Shown: positions 12,201-20,448 of the stretch, piece by piece
Numbering within the stretch: position 1 is the stretch's first letter
Layout of the letters: every line of letters starts with the position of its first letter
From: an uncultured Verrucomicrobiota bacterium
GTDB lineage: Bacteria; Verrucomicrobiota; Kiritimatiellia; CAIQIC01; Lenti-01
NCBI GenBank assembly: GCA_938003985.1
Contig: CALKWZ010000022.1
Coordinates: 3,749-67,748, forward strand
Direction: 5' to 3'
DNA: 64,000 bases
Position numbers and translations under genes: made by a program
The notes under the pieces: generated by a model
What the model was told of the DNA's origin: nothing
The model's database searches: none
The model's input: the letters and a program-made list of their open reading frames with translations, nothing else

Positions 12201-15200
12201 CGGGCACCTATCGGCCGTCCGGCTCGGCCTACGACATGAACGCTCCGGCCCCGGCGGGCCCCTACGGCTCGGCCATGGCCGATTTCAACGGCGGCAATCC
12301 CAACGGCCAATGGCAACTCTACGTGCTGGATGCCCAGGCCGAGGATGCCGGCAGCATCGCCCAGGGCTGGTCGCTCACGGTCACGTCCGCCGAACCGCTG
12401 TGCTGCGGCAGCAACAAGCCGCCCGTGTTCGGCTATCTGCCCAACCAGAGCGTCGTGGAAAGCAACCTGCTGTCCTTCGCGGTCGTCGCGACCGATCCCT
12501 ACGACGGCGATCCGATCGCGCTGACGGCCAGCAACCTGCCGGCCGGCGCGACGTTCCCCGTCACCAACGGCCTCGGCACCTTCATCTGGGAAAACCCCGA
12601 ACCGACCGGCACCTACTTCGTCGGCTTCTATGCCGAGGACAAGGACGGCGCCGTCGAAAAGCAGATCAGCGTCACCGTGCTGCCGACTCCGTTCGTGGAC
12701 ACCAACTGCCACGTGATCATTTCCGAGTACGTGGAAGGCTCCAGCAACAACAAGGCGCTGGAAATCTACAACCCGACGGCGGAAGCCGTCGATCTGGGCG
12801 CCGACAACTACGTCGTCCTGCTCTCGATGAACGGCGGGACGTCGAAGATCGCGATCAACCTGACCGGTTCGATCCCGTCGCAGGACGTGTTCGTGCTGGC
12901 CAACAGTTCCGCGGCGGCCGGCATCTTGGGCGCGGCGGACATGACCAGCGCCACGCTGACCTTCAACGGCGACGACGCCATCGTCCTGTACAAGGGCGGG
13001 ACGAACGGAATCGTCGTCGACAGCATTGGCCAAGTGGGCGTGGATCCCGGCACGGAGTGGGGCACGGGTCTGACGTCCACCTCCGACAACACCCTGCGGC
13101 GCAAGGCCGCGATCAAGGTCGGCGACCTGGTCCTGAACGACGCTTTCGACCCGGCGACCGAGTGGGATGGGTATGCCGTCGATACCTTCACCGGCCTCGG
13201 CACCCATGCGAGCGACTGCTCCGGCCCCGGCCTGCCGACCCCGCCGCTCCTGAACCCCGTCGGCAACCAGAACGTCGCCCCCGGCAGCAACCTTCAGTTC
13301 AACGTGGTGGCCACGCCGACCGATGCCGACGCCGTGACCCTGACGGCCAGCAACCTGCCGGCCGGCGCGACCTTCGACGCCACCAACGAGCTGGGCTCCT
13401 TCGTCTGGGAAGCCGCCGGCCCCACCGGCGTCTACAGCGTGACGTTCTACGCCACCGACAAGGACGGCACCGACGAGGAAACCATCTCCGTCACCGTCAG
13501 CGAATCCGCCCCCGTGGACACCAACTGCGCCGTGATCTTCTCGGAATACGTCGAAGGCTCCGGCAACAACAAGGCCGTCGAAATCTTCAACCCGACGGCG
13601 TCGGCCATCGATCTGGCCGCGGGCAGTTACTTGGTGCAACTCTATGGCAACGGGAACGCCACCCCCACGGCGACCATCAACCTGACGGGCACGCTGGCTT
13701 CCCAGGATGCCTTCGTGCTGGTGAACAGCGCGGCCGGCGCCACGTTGTTGGCCATGGCCGACCAGACCAGCGGCAGCTTGAGCTTCAACGGCGACGACGC
13801 CCTCGTGCTGCGCAGCGGCGGCGCGAGCGGCACGGTGTTGGATAGCATCGGACAAGTGGGTTTTGATCCAGGGAACGCCTGGACCAATGCGGGCGTTTCC
13901 ATGTTGGACCAGACCCTGCGCCGCAAGGCCAGCGTTAAAACAGGCGACATCAACCCGAGCGACGTTTTCGATCCTTCCGTCGAGTGGACAGCCTATGCCA
14001 TCGACACCTTCGACGGCGTGGGCTCGCACACGAACGACTGCTCCGGCCCGGCCTTGCCGACGCCGCCGATCCTGAACCCCGTCGGCAACCAGTCGGTGAC
14101 GGTGGGTGAAAACCTCCAGTTCCAGGTCGTGGCGACGCCGACGGATGGCGACGCGGTGACGCTGACGGCCAGCAACCTGCCGGCGGGCGCCACCTTCAAC
14201 GCCACGAACGAAACCGGCACCTTCCAGTGGCTGGCCGCTTCGCCGACGGGCGTCTACGGCGTGACGTTCTACGCCACGGACAAGGACGGCGCGGACGAGG
14301 AGACCATCTCCGTCACCGTCGGCGAAGCCAGCACCGAACTGCTGGCCCCCGTCATCCAGGCGGCCAGCCTGGTGGATGCGAACCAGTTCAACGCCAACTG
14401 GCTGGCCTCGGCCAACGCCACGGGCTATCTCCTCGACGTCGGCACGAACGCCACCTTCACGGGCGGCGGCGGCGGAAGCGAGCCGGGAACCAACTGCTAC
14501 CATGACGGCAATCTGGGCGCAGGCACGGGCGGCACGTGGACGGAAACCGGCCTGACCCAAGGTTCGGGATACGTGATTTCCCAGCTGGGAGATTCGCTGA
14601 CCACGCCCGCGATGGACTTCACCGCCAGCACCGCCGAAACCTTGAACTTCAAGGCGCGCACCTATGGCGGCGTCAATGCGGCCAACAACACCATCACCGT
14701 ATCGGTTTCAACCGACAACGGAAGCAACTGGACGGTTCTGGGAACGCGGGTGCCGTTGAGTACGACCCTGACGGCGATGACGCCCTTCGACCTCAGTTCC
14801 TACGATGGCGCGCAAGTGAAGGTGAAACTCGAGACGCTGGGCGCCACGGCCACGGTGGGCGCCGGACTCGACGACGTCCTCATCACCAACCTGACCGGAG
14901 CGGCTTCGGCATGGTACGTCCCCGGTTACGAAAACCGCGACGTCGCCAACGTGACCACCTTTGCCGTCACGGGCCTCACGGAAGGCGTGACCTACTACTA
15001 CCGGGCCCAGGCCTACAACGTCTCGTCCAACAGCCCGTACTCGGCCGTGACCAGCGTGGTGACGGCCGCGGCGGGGGGCGGCACGCCGCCCGTGTTGAAC
15101 GCGATCGGCGGCCAGGAAACGTTCGTCGGCTACGACCTGCAGTTCCAGGTGTCCGCCGTGCCGACGGACGCGGACGCGGTCACGCTGACGGCCAGCAACC

Positions 15201-15574
15201 TGCCGGTGGGCGCCACGTTCAACGCGACGAACGAAAACGGCACGTTCCTCTGGACCGCCGCCGCGCCGACGGGCGAATACAGCGTGGTCTTCTACGCCGC
15301 CGACAAGGACGGCAGCGACGGCGAGGCCGTGGGCATCTACGTCTACCCGCTGCCGCAGTTCCAGACCTTCGCGGTCAGCAACGGCGCGCCGGCTTCGGCC
15401 ACGTTCCGGTCGGTGCTGGGCCAGACCTACCGGCTGGAATACAGCCTCGACCTGCAGGCGGACCCCGTCGCGTGGTCGGAAGCCGACACCGAAATCGGCG
15501 ACGGCAACGACCTCACGCTCTCCGACACGAACGCCGTGGACGTGAAGCGGTACTACCGCATCGTGGCGCCGTAA
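9251..15574 (+). CDS. giant secreted subtilisin-like serine protease (S8) with proprotein-convertase P-domain, repeated lamin-tail-like (LTD) modules, FN3-like domain and a lineage-specific C-terminal domain
   Basis: ATG 9251 with AGGAG (9240-9244); signal peptide MKLFPRVALLGLIVLGCAVLAPAQS. Catalytic motifs VDVCDSGLDNG (Asp), HGTLNGHIIGG (His), GTSHSTPAVAGGAAL (Ser). P-domain-like block ...GNPNGQWQLYVLDAQAEDAGSIAQGWSLTV. Three to four repeats of ASNLPAGATF.. modules followed by SEYVEGSxNNKAxEIxNPT LTD-like modules. Confidence 0.9.
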   Translation: MKLFPRVALLGLIVLGCAVLAPAQSIHLNAGAIATGRAAKKTPTRALAANFAGNRLQLVQFAGPIQPEWVEQLKAGGFQIVDYVPENAYLVYGGSAAARALQARAKHVKWSGAYLASDKIHPRARPEAAAERRALVGEDDLFAVQLVQDETANAETVALLQGLAKEPLQRNQAFRHYRNLVVRMDPAEVAAVAERPDVISIAPYVLPKKFDERQGMIVAGQLAGSGPSGPGYLAWLTGKGFTQQQFNESGLVVDVCDSGLDNGSTNANHFGLYTAGNTALASRVVYARLEGTANSGSTIQGCDGHGTLNGHIIGGYNDSNAGFPHQDSGGYRYGLGIAPFVRLGSSVIFDPGNFTSPNYSDMISRAYRDGARISSDSWGADTYGGYDVDAQEYDALVRDAQPSGAAVPAAGNQGMTIVFAAGNAGSGAGTVGSPGTAKNVITVGAAENVHSHAITNGGNSATGADGCDTPDAEANSANDVASFSSRGPCSDGRRKPEILAPGTHVTGGVAQQVKAMAGNGNDLACFDGTGVCALPGGGTAGSTNNFFPLGQQWYSTSSGTSHSTPAVAGGAALVYQYFLNQAWGAPSPAMVKAYLMNAARYMTGVDAGDDLWSNDQGMGMMNLDFAFDGTARILRDQVPADVFTASGQSRAISGLVVDAGKPVRVSLSWTDAPGSTTGNSYNNNLNLTVVAGGKTYLGNVFNGAVSTNGGVADAKNNSESVFLPAGTTGAVTVVVTAANIVSDGVPNAEPALDQDYALVIYNLDEVEMPVVMGEGRALVAESCGVVGNGAIDPDETVTVDFVLRNAGSADTTNVVATLLATGGVTAPDGPHAYGALLAGGASATQSFTFAATGECGGTLTATLALEDNGLDLGVVTFDFRLGGTTDTAKGATNAAAITIVDNASGSPYPSTITLADLPGTISKVTATLRGFAHGWPADVDVLLVSPDGAAVSLMSELGGGTSVSGANLTFDDDAASVVGTPIVSGTYRPSGSAYDMNAPAPAGPYGSAMADFNGGNPNGQWQLYVLDAQAEDAGSIAQGWSLTVTSAEPLCCGSNKPPVFGYLPNQSVVESNLLSFAVVATDPYDGDPIALTASNLPAGATFPVTNGLGTFIWENPEPTGTYFVGFYAEDKDGAVEKQISVTVLPTPFVDTNCHVIISEYVEGSSNNKALEIYNPTAEAVDLGADNYVVLLSMNGGTSKIAINLTGSIPSQDVFVLANSSAAAGILGAADMTSATLTFNGDDAIVLYKGGTNGIVVDSIGQVGVDPGTEWGTGLTSTSDNTLRRKAAIKVGDLVLNDAFDPATEWDGYAVDTFTGLGTHASDCSGPGLPTPPLLNPVGNQNVAPGSNLQFNVVATPTDADAVTLTASNLPAGATFDATNELGSFVWEAAGPTGVYSVTFYATDKDGTDEETISVTVSESAPVDTNCAVIFSEYVEGSGNNKAVEIFNPTASAIDLAAGSYLVQLYGNGNATPTATINLTGTLASQDAFVLVNSAAGATLLAMADQTSGSLSFNGDDALVLRSGGASGTVLDSIGQVGFDPGNAWTNAGVSMLDQTLRRKASVKTGDINPSDVFDPSVEWTAYAIDTFDGVGSHTNDCSGPALPTPPILNPVGNQSVTVGENLQFQVVATPTDGDAVTLTASNLPAGATFNATNETGTFQWLAASPTGVYGVTFYATDKDGADEETISVTVGEASTELLAPVIQAASLVDANQFNANWLASANATGYLLDVGTNATFTGGGGGSEPGTNCYHDGNLGAGTGGTWTETGLTQGSGYVISQLGDSLTTPAMDFTASTAETLNFKARTYGGVNAANNTITVSVSTDNGSNWTVLGTRVPLSTTLTAMTPFDLSSYDGAQVKVKLETLGATATVGAGLDDVLITNLTGAASAWYVPGYENRDVANVTTFAVTGLTEGVTYYYRAQAYNVSSNSPYSAVTSVVTAAAGGGTPPVLNAIGGQETFVGYDLQFQVSAVPTDADAVTLTASNLPVGATFNATNENGTFLWTAAAPTGEYSVVFYAADKDGSDGEAVGIYVYPLPQFQTFAVSNGAPASATFRSVLGQTYRLEYSLDLQADPVAWSEADTEIGDGNDLTLSDTNAVDVKRYYRIVAP
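12418..14340. repeat. intragenic tandem repeat, about 822-bp unit x2.3 (plus a diverged partial fourth copy at about 15090-15330) inside the protease gene
   Basis: Landmark tgaaccccgtcggcaaccag recurs at 13251 and 14073 (period 822 bp = 274 aa). Long identical runs such as ctgacggccagcaacctgccggccggcgcgac at about 12520, 13340 and 14160. Confidence 0.8.
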
Positions 15575-15593
15575 GCGCGCTGCCCGCGGCTCC

Positions 15594-15627
15594 GCGCCGC
15601 GCCCCCCCGGGGGCGCGGCGCTTTTTG
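15594..15627 (+). terminator. Rho-independent terminator after protease gene
   Basis: GC stem gcgccgcgccc(15594-15604)/gggcgcggcgc(15611-15621) followed by TTTTT (15622-15626), 20 nt after stop 15574. Confidence 0.6.
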
Positions 15628-15653
15628 TTGCCCGGCAAGAAGACTGCGCGCAA

Positions 15654-18065
15654 TCAGGCGCGGGGCCACAGGGAGCCGGCGCGCGCCGCGCGGGCGATGG
15701 CCGCCAGCGTGCGCAGGTGCTGTTCGGGCGGGCAGGAGCGGGGACTGAGCAACAAGGCCAATTCGGTCGTCGGCGCCGCGAACCCGGGCAGGTCCAGACC
15801 GGACTCCCGCCGGCCCACGGCGATCCGGGCGGAATCGATCAACGGCGTGTGGAGATGCAGCAAGGCGACCTGGGCCGACAGCGGCACCGGGGGGAATCCC
15901 ATCAGTTCGGCGACGAGCGGCTCGAGCGCGCCCCGGTATTCGGGCAAGGCGCTCCGGAGCAATTCGGGCAGTATGGCCGGCAAGGTGGCCGCACCCAGCG
16001 AAACGGGCACGATCGGGGGCAGATCGCGCGCCGGGGCCGCGCCCGCTTCCTCCGTCTGCGCGGGTTCCTCGTTCTGCACGTCCAAGGGCGGAAACAGCAC
16101 GATCAAATTGTCGTCGGGCCAGCGCAGCGCCCAGTCGACCGGCAGCCGTTCGAGACTGGGTTGCCAGGCCAGATTGCCGCGCCGGACGCTGAGCAGCAGG
16201 ACGGCGTCGCCCGGGGCGCGGGCCTGCTCGACCGCGGCGACGACGGCGGCCCAGGTGGCCAGGGAGGGCGGCGTTTTGGCGCCGGCGGGCGGACGGTTGC
16301 CGGGCAGGGCCTCGATGGCCCGGCGCGTGGCGTCGGTGGCCGCCAGATACACGCGCGCTCCGGCGCGCGCGGCGATGCGGCGGGCCAGTTGCAGGGCGTT
16401 GGGGAGGCCGGAATGGCGCTCGATCAGCGGCGGGGCCAAAACCCACAGCCGCCGGGCGGTCGCCAGGGGCGGGCCCGGCCGAACCACCACCACGGCCTGC
16501 CGGCTTTGCGTCACCACGCGGTCGGGAATGCTCTGCAGCAGCGAGGCCGCCCGCGTGCGCGCATGCCAGCCCAGCACGATGGCGCCGACGCGGAATTCCG
16601 TCGCGGCGTTCAGGATGCCGCCGGCCACGCTGGCATCCAGGCGCGCCAGCGGAATGGCGTGGACGCCGGCGGCTTCGGCGCGCGCCACGGCTCCGCCCAG
16701 CAGGCGCTCGGCTTCGGCCACCCGTTCGGGATCGTCGGGCCCCGCCGAGGCCACGTGCAAGGGGTAGAGGGGCTCTTCGGTGCGGTCCGGCCGCAGCATC
16801 ATCGCCAAATCCACGAGGGCGTCCACCCGGTGCGGAGACGCCAGCGGCATCAGGATGCGGCCGGATTCGTGCCGGGGGCCGGCCGGCCGGAGTTCCGCTT
16901 CGGCGGCCAGGCGGCGGGCGCATTTTTCCGTCACCCACGGGCCGATCAGGCAGGTGACGAGGATCATCAGGATGGTGCCGTTGAGGATCGCGGCATCGAA
17001 AATTCCGACCTGGGTGCCGACCAGCACGGCGGCGAGGGTGGCCGCGGCCTGGTTGACGCTGAGCCCGAACACCAGGCCGGTTTCGTCGCGGGAATAGCCC
17101 AGCCAGCGGCCTGCGAGATGGGCGGCCGCCCATTTGAGGGCGGTCACGCCCACCGCCATGAAGAGCGCGATCCGCCAGCCGTCGAGACCGGTGAGCAGCA
17201 CCCGCAGATCCACGCGCATTCCGACCGAAAAGAGGAAAAACGGAATGAAAAGGGCGTTGCCGACGAAATGCAGGCGGTTCATCAGCACGCCGCGGCCCGG
17301 GACCACCGCGCTGAGCGCCAAGCCGGCCAGAAACGCGCCGATGATGGGTTCCACGCCGGCGAGTTCGGAGGCGTAGGCGACCAAGAACGTCGCCGCGAGG
17401 ACGAACACGAATTCCGCGGCGCCGTCGGGCGCGGTCCGGCGGAAAAACCAGTAGCCGATGCGCGGCAGCACGAAAATCGCGCCGGCGACCAGGGCCGCCA
17501 GCGACAAGCCCAGTTGCGCCCAGAACGCGGCGCCGATGCCGCCGTTTTGGCTTCGGACGACGACGGCCAGCACCAGAAGCGCGGCGGTGTCGGTCAGGAT
17601 GGTGCCGCCGATCGTCGTGGTGACGGCGCGGTTGCGGCCCAGCCCCAGCCGCTGCACGATGGGAAAGGGAATCAGCGTGTGCGAGGCGAACATGCTGGCC
17701 AGCAGGATGGCCTTGGGCCAGCCGAAGCCCAGCAGCCAAACGGCGCCCAGCGTGCCCAGCACCTGCGGGATCAGGAAGGTCAGCGTGCCGAACACGAGGC
17801 CCGGCTTCCGGTAGCGCTGGAAGTCGTCGAGATTGATTTCCAGCCCGGCGAGGAACATCAGGTAGAGCAAGCCCACCTTGCCCAGCAGCTGGAACGTCTG
17901 GTCGAGGCGGAAAATTCCCGGCCCGAATTCGCCCACGACGACGCCGGCCAGGATCAGGCCCGCGATGTCCGGCAGCCGCAATTTGACCGACAGCAGCGGC
18001 GCCACGAGCAGCAGCACCATCACCAGCGCGAAATCCAGGATGAGCCGGTCGGCATCCATGCCCAT
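15654..18065 (-). CDS. cation:proton antiporter (CPA family Na+/H+ or K+/H+ exchanger) fused to two USP-like domains and a C-terminal PTS-EIIA-type-2 (PtsN-like) domain
   Basis: ATG 18065 (MGMDADRLILDF). About 12 TM helices typical of Na_H_Exchanger. Two universal-stress-like blocks (RILMPLASP...AVVVVRPG and RRLWVLAPP...LIVLFPP). C-terminus ...AQVALLHLHTPLIDSARIAVG resembles the EIIA-Ntr His region. Confidence 0.8.
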   Translation of the reverse strand: MGMDADRLILDFALVMVLLLVAPLLSVKLRLPDIAGLILAGVVVGEFGPGIFRLDQTFQLLGKVGLLYLMFLAGLEINLDDFQRYRKPGLVFGTLTFLIPQVLGTLGAVWLLGFGWPKAILLASMFASHTLIPFPIVQRLGLGRNRAVTTTIGGTILTDTAALLVLAVVVRSQNGGIGAAFWAQLGLSLAALVAGAIFVLPRIGYWFFRRTAPDGAAEFVFVLAATFLVAYASELAGVEPIIGAFLAGLALSAVVPGRGVLMNRLHFVGNALFIPFFLFSVGMRVDLRVLLTGLDGWRIALFMAVGVTALKWAAAHLAGRWLGYSRDETGLVFGLSVNQAAATLAAVLVGTQVGIFDAAILNGTILMILVTCLIGPWVTEKCARRLAAEAELRPAGPRHESGRILMPLASPHRVDALVDLAMMLRPDRTEEPLYPLHVASAGPDDPERVAEAERLLGGAVARAEAAGVHAIPLARLDASVAGGILNAATEFRVGAIVLGWHARTRAASLLQSIPDRVVTQSRQAVVVVRPGPPLATARRLWVLAPPLIERHSGLPNALQLARRIAARAGARVYLAATDATRRAIEALPGNRPPAGAKTPPSLATWAAVVAAVEQARAPGDAVLLLSVRRGNLAWQPSLERLPVDWALRWPDDNLIVLFPPLDVQNEEPAQTEEAGAAPARDLPPIVPVSLGAATLPAILPELLRSALPEYRGALEPLVAELMGFPPVPLSAQVALLHLHTPLIDSARIAVGRRESGLDLPGFAAPTTELALLLSPRSCPPEQHLRTLAAIARAARAGSLWPRA

Positions 18066-18134
18066 ACCCTAGCAGAGGAATCGCCGTCCGGCAAACGTTG
18101 CGGCCGGATCGGCGGCGCGGCGCACCTCCGCCGG

Positions 18135-19190
18135 CTAGGGGGTGCGGCGAAGATCAAATCCGGCCGTGGCGACTTCCCGGAACCCCTCCGCGCCGTCGCG
18201 CACGAGGAACAGGGCTTCGCATCCGGGGAAGCGCGCGGCCAGCAGCGGGAGCCCTTCGTCGGGACCGAGGACGAACAGCGCGGTGGCGAGCGCGTCGGCG
18301 GTCAGGCAGTCGCCGGCCCGGACCGACACGCTGGCGACGGCGTGGCCGACGGGCGCGGCGGTGCGGGGATCGACGATATGGGCGCGGAGCTCGCCGTTCT
18401 CGTCGCGGTAGAAATTGCGGTAGTCGCCGGAGGTGGCGATGGCGTTGCCGCCGGTCAACCGAACGACACCGTGGAGATCGGTCGATCCATCGGGCTTCAG
18501 CACGCCGACCCGCCACGGTTCGCCTGGGTCGTTGCGGCCGACGCCGAGGGTTTCGCCGCCGATTTCGACGAGGAAGTTTTCGAGGCCGCGCCCGCGCAGC
18601 AGCGCCGCGACCCGGTCGACGCCGAACCCCTTGGCGATGGCGCCGAGATCGAGCTTCAGATCGGCGATTTCTTTTTCGATCCGGCCATCGGGCAGGAGGT
18701 GCAAATGCCGCCAGCCGATGACGGCGCGGGCGGCGGCGATCTGGTCGGGCGCGGGTGCGGCGCGGCGCAGGCCGTCGGGACCGAAGCCCCAGAGGTTCAC
18801 GAGCGCGCCGACGGTGGGATCGAAGGCGCCGTCCGTGGCTTCGGCGATCTCCAGCGCGCGGCGGACGACGAACTGGAATTCCGGGGAGATCGCAACGGGT
18901 TCGTTCGCTCCGGCGCGGTTGAAGCACGAGATCTCGCTGCCGGGATCCCACGTGGACATCTGGCGGTTGACCTCGGCGAGCTCGGCGTCGACGTCGGCTT
19001 GCAGGCGGCGCAAGTCGCGAGGACGGACCTGGACGTGGGCGATGCGGACGGAGTAGGTGGTGCCCATGGTGTGGCCGGCAATCACGGCATGGGAAGAAAC
19101 CGGAGAACAGGCCGAGAGAGGAAACAGCAGCACCGCGGCCCAACAAGATTTCCACACGCCGGGAAACGGTTTTCCGCGTTGTGGAATCAT
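18135..19190 (-). CDS. apbE: FAD:protein FMN transferase (ApbE family flavin transferase), lipoprotein
   Basis: ApbE-family conserved blocks (GHTMGTTYSVRI, AIAKGFGVDRVAALL, TSGDYRNF). Start chosen at ATG 19190 (MIPQRGKPFPGVWKSCWAAVLLFPLSAC lipobox, GGAG 4 nt upstream); longer alternatives at 19208, 19226 and 19277. Confidence 0.8.
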   Translation of the reverse strand: MIPQRGKPFPGVWKSCWAAVLLFPLSACSPVSSHAVIAGHTMGTTYSVRIAHVQVRPRDLRRLQADVDAELAEVNRQMSTWDPGSEISCFNRAGANEPVAISPEFQFVVRRALEIAEATDGAFDPTVGALVNLWGFGPDGLRRAAPAPDQIAAARAVIGWRHLHLLPDGRIEKEIADLKLDLGAIAKGFGVDRVAALLRGRGLENFLVEIGGETLGVGRNDPGEPWRVGVLKPDGSTDLHGVVRLTGGNAIATSGDYRNFYRDENGELRAHIVDPRTAAPVGHAVASVSVRAGDCLTADALATALFVLGPDEGLPLLAARFPGCEALFLVRDGAEGFREVATAGFDLRRTP

Positions 19191-19330
19191 TCCGCTCCAG
19201 TTTTCCATGGCGTGGAAAATCGACATGGGGGAAGCATAGGCCGCGGGGCGGAAGCATGCAAGACGGGGAGCGGGCATGGAATTCGTTCAAAATGGGACTG
19301 GAGACGGAAAGGCGGGGGGCTATACTGGCG

Positions 19331-20446
19331 ATGGAGCGGAACGTGAAAAGCCGGATCGGAAGTTGGCTGGCGATCGGGACGTGGGCGGCGTGGGCGTCCA
19401 GCGCGGCGGGGGGACGGCCGGTGACCAACCTGACCTTTCATTCGGGAATCGGCACGGATTGGGCGGTCTACGTCGGCGAACAGGCGCACAACGGCGGGCC
19501 GGCGGGGGAATGGACGGCCGAATTCGGGGGGCGCGCCGGGACGGGGTATTTCCTCCAGCTCTGGGCCACGACGATGAGCAGCGGCAACTCGGGGCCGATC
19601 ACGGCCGTGCACGGCGGTTGCCGCGCGGCGTGGCTGATCGACCGGTTCGCGACGGGCTTGGGGAACGACGGGATTCCAGCCGGCTGGTCGGGCGGCGAAC
19701 TCAGCCTGGAGGACAAGCGCACGGCCTTGGCCTTCGCGGTGTTCGAGGTGGGAACGTCGCCGGAAAGCGATCCGCCGGATCTGGAAGACGGCACGTATCG
19801 CTTTTGGTACGCGCCGGCGGTTCCCCGGCAACTGGCGCAGGCCTATCTGGCCGAATTGGCGGCGGCGACGATCGACACGAACGCCTTGGCGGCGGAATAC
19901 GAGGTGGTGACGGGCGAGCAATGGCTGGGCATCGCCTTTGCCCTCTGGGTGGCGAAAATCGAGCCGCCGGAACTGACGCGGATCGACGTGGCGCCCGCGC
20001 AGGCCGACTTGCAGGTGGGCGAAACGCGGAGCTTCGCGGCGGAAGGATTCGACCAAGGGGGATATCCGCTGGCGTTCGCCCCCGTCTGGACGGCCAGCGG
20101 CGGGCGGGTGGACGGCGCCGGGACGTACGTGGCCACGGGGCCGGGCTCTTTCGAGGTGTGGGCCGGGGCCGCTGGCGCGGTCGCGCGCGGCACGGGCGCC
20201 GTGGTCGCGGCGACGATGGCGATCGGCGAAGAAGCGTCCGCGGCCACGAACGGCATTTCGTTCGCCAGTCATACGTCGGCCGTCTATTCCTTGCAGCGCC
20301 GCGTCCGGTTCTCGTCCGGCGAATGGGAAGACGTGCCGGGCGGCGGGCCGGAACGGGGCACGGGCGGGGAGTTGACCTTGGCGGACACGAACGAACCGGC
20401 GTCGACGACGCGGTTCTACCGCGTGCGGTACGCGGTGGAGCCGTAG
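19331..20446 (+). CDS. secreted hypothetical protein with Big_2-like Ig domain and C-terminal domain shared with the giant protease
   Basis: ATG 19331, signal peptide MERNVKSRIGSWLAIGTWAAWASSAAG. Big_2-like segment RIDVAPAQADLQVGETRSFAAEGFDQGG. C-terminal ...GGELTLADTNEPASTTRFYRVRYAVEP parallels the protease C-terminus ...GNDLTLSDTNAVDVKRYYRIVAP. Confidence 0.6.
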   Translation: MERNVKSRIGSWLAIGTWAAWASSAAGGRPVTNLTFHSGIGTDWAVYVGEQAHNGGPAGEWTAEFGGRAGTGYFLQLWATTMSSGNSGPITAVHGGCRAAWLIDRFATGLGNDGIPAGWSGGELSLEDKRTALAFAVFEVGTSPESDPPDLEDGTYRFWYAPAVPRQLAQAYLAELAAATIDTNALAAEYEVVTGEQWLGIAFALWVAKIEPPELTRIDVAPAQADLQVGETRSFAAEGFDQGGYPLAFAPVWTASGGRVDGAGTYVATGPGSFEVWAGAAGAVARGTGAVVAATMAIGEEASAATNGISFASHTSAVYSLQRRVRFSSGEWEDVPGGGPERGTGGELTLADTNEPASTTRFYRVRYAVEP

Positions 20447-20448
20447 GG

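Noticed and set aside
9227-14560. 1777-aa minus-strand ORF antisense to the protease gene (and 10153..13845 + 1230-aa alternate-frame ORF)
   Set aside because: Arg/Gly/Ala/Asp low-complexity translation typical of antisense frames in about 70% GC DNA. The sense frame carries clear S8 catalytic motifs, a signal peptide and an RBS.
15717-19346. 1209-aa plus-strand ORF and 15553..17739 minus-strand 728-aa ORF overlapping the antiporter and apbE
   Set aside because: Antisense or alternate frames with Arg/Gly-rich composition and no motifs. The antiporter frame shows 12 TM helices and USP domains.
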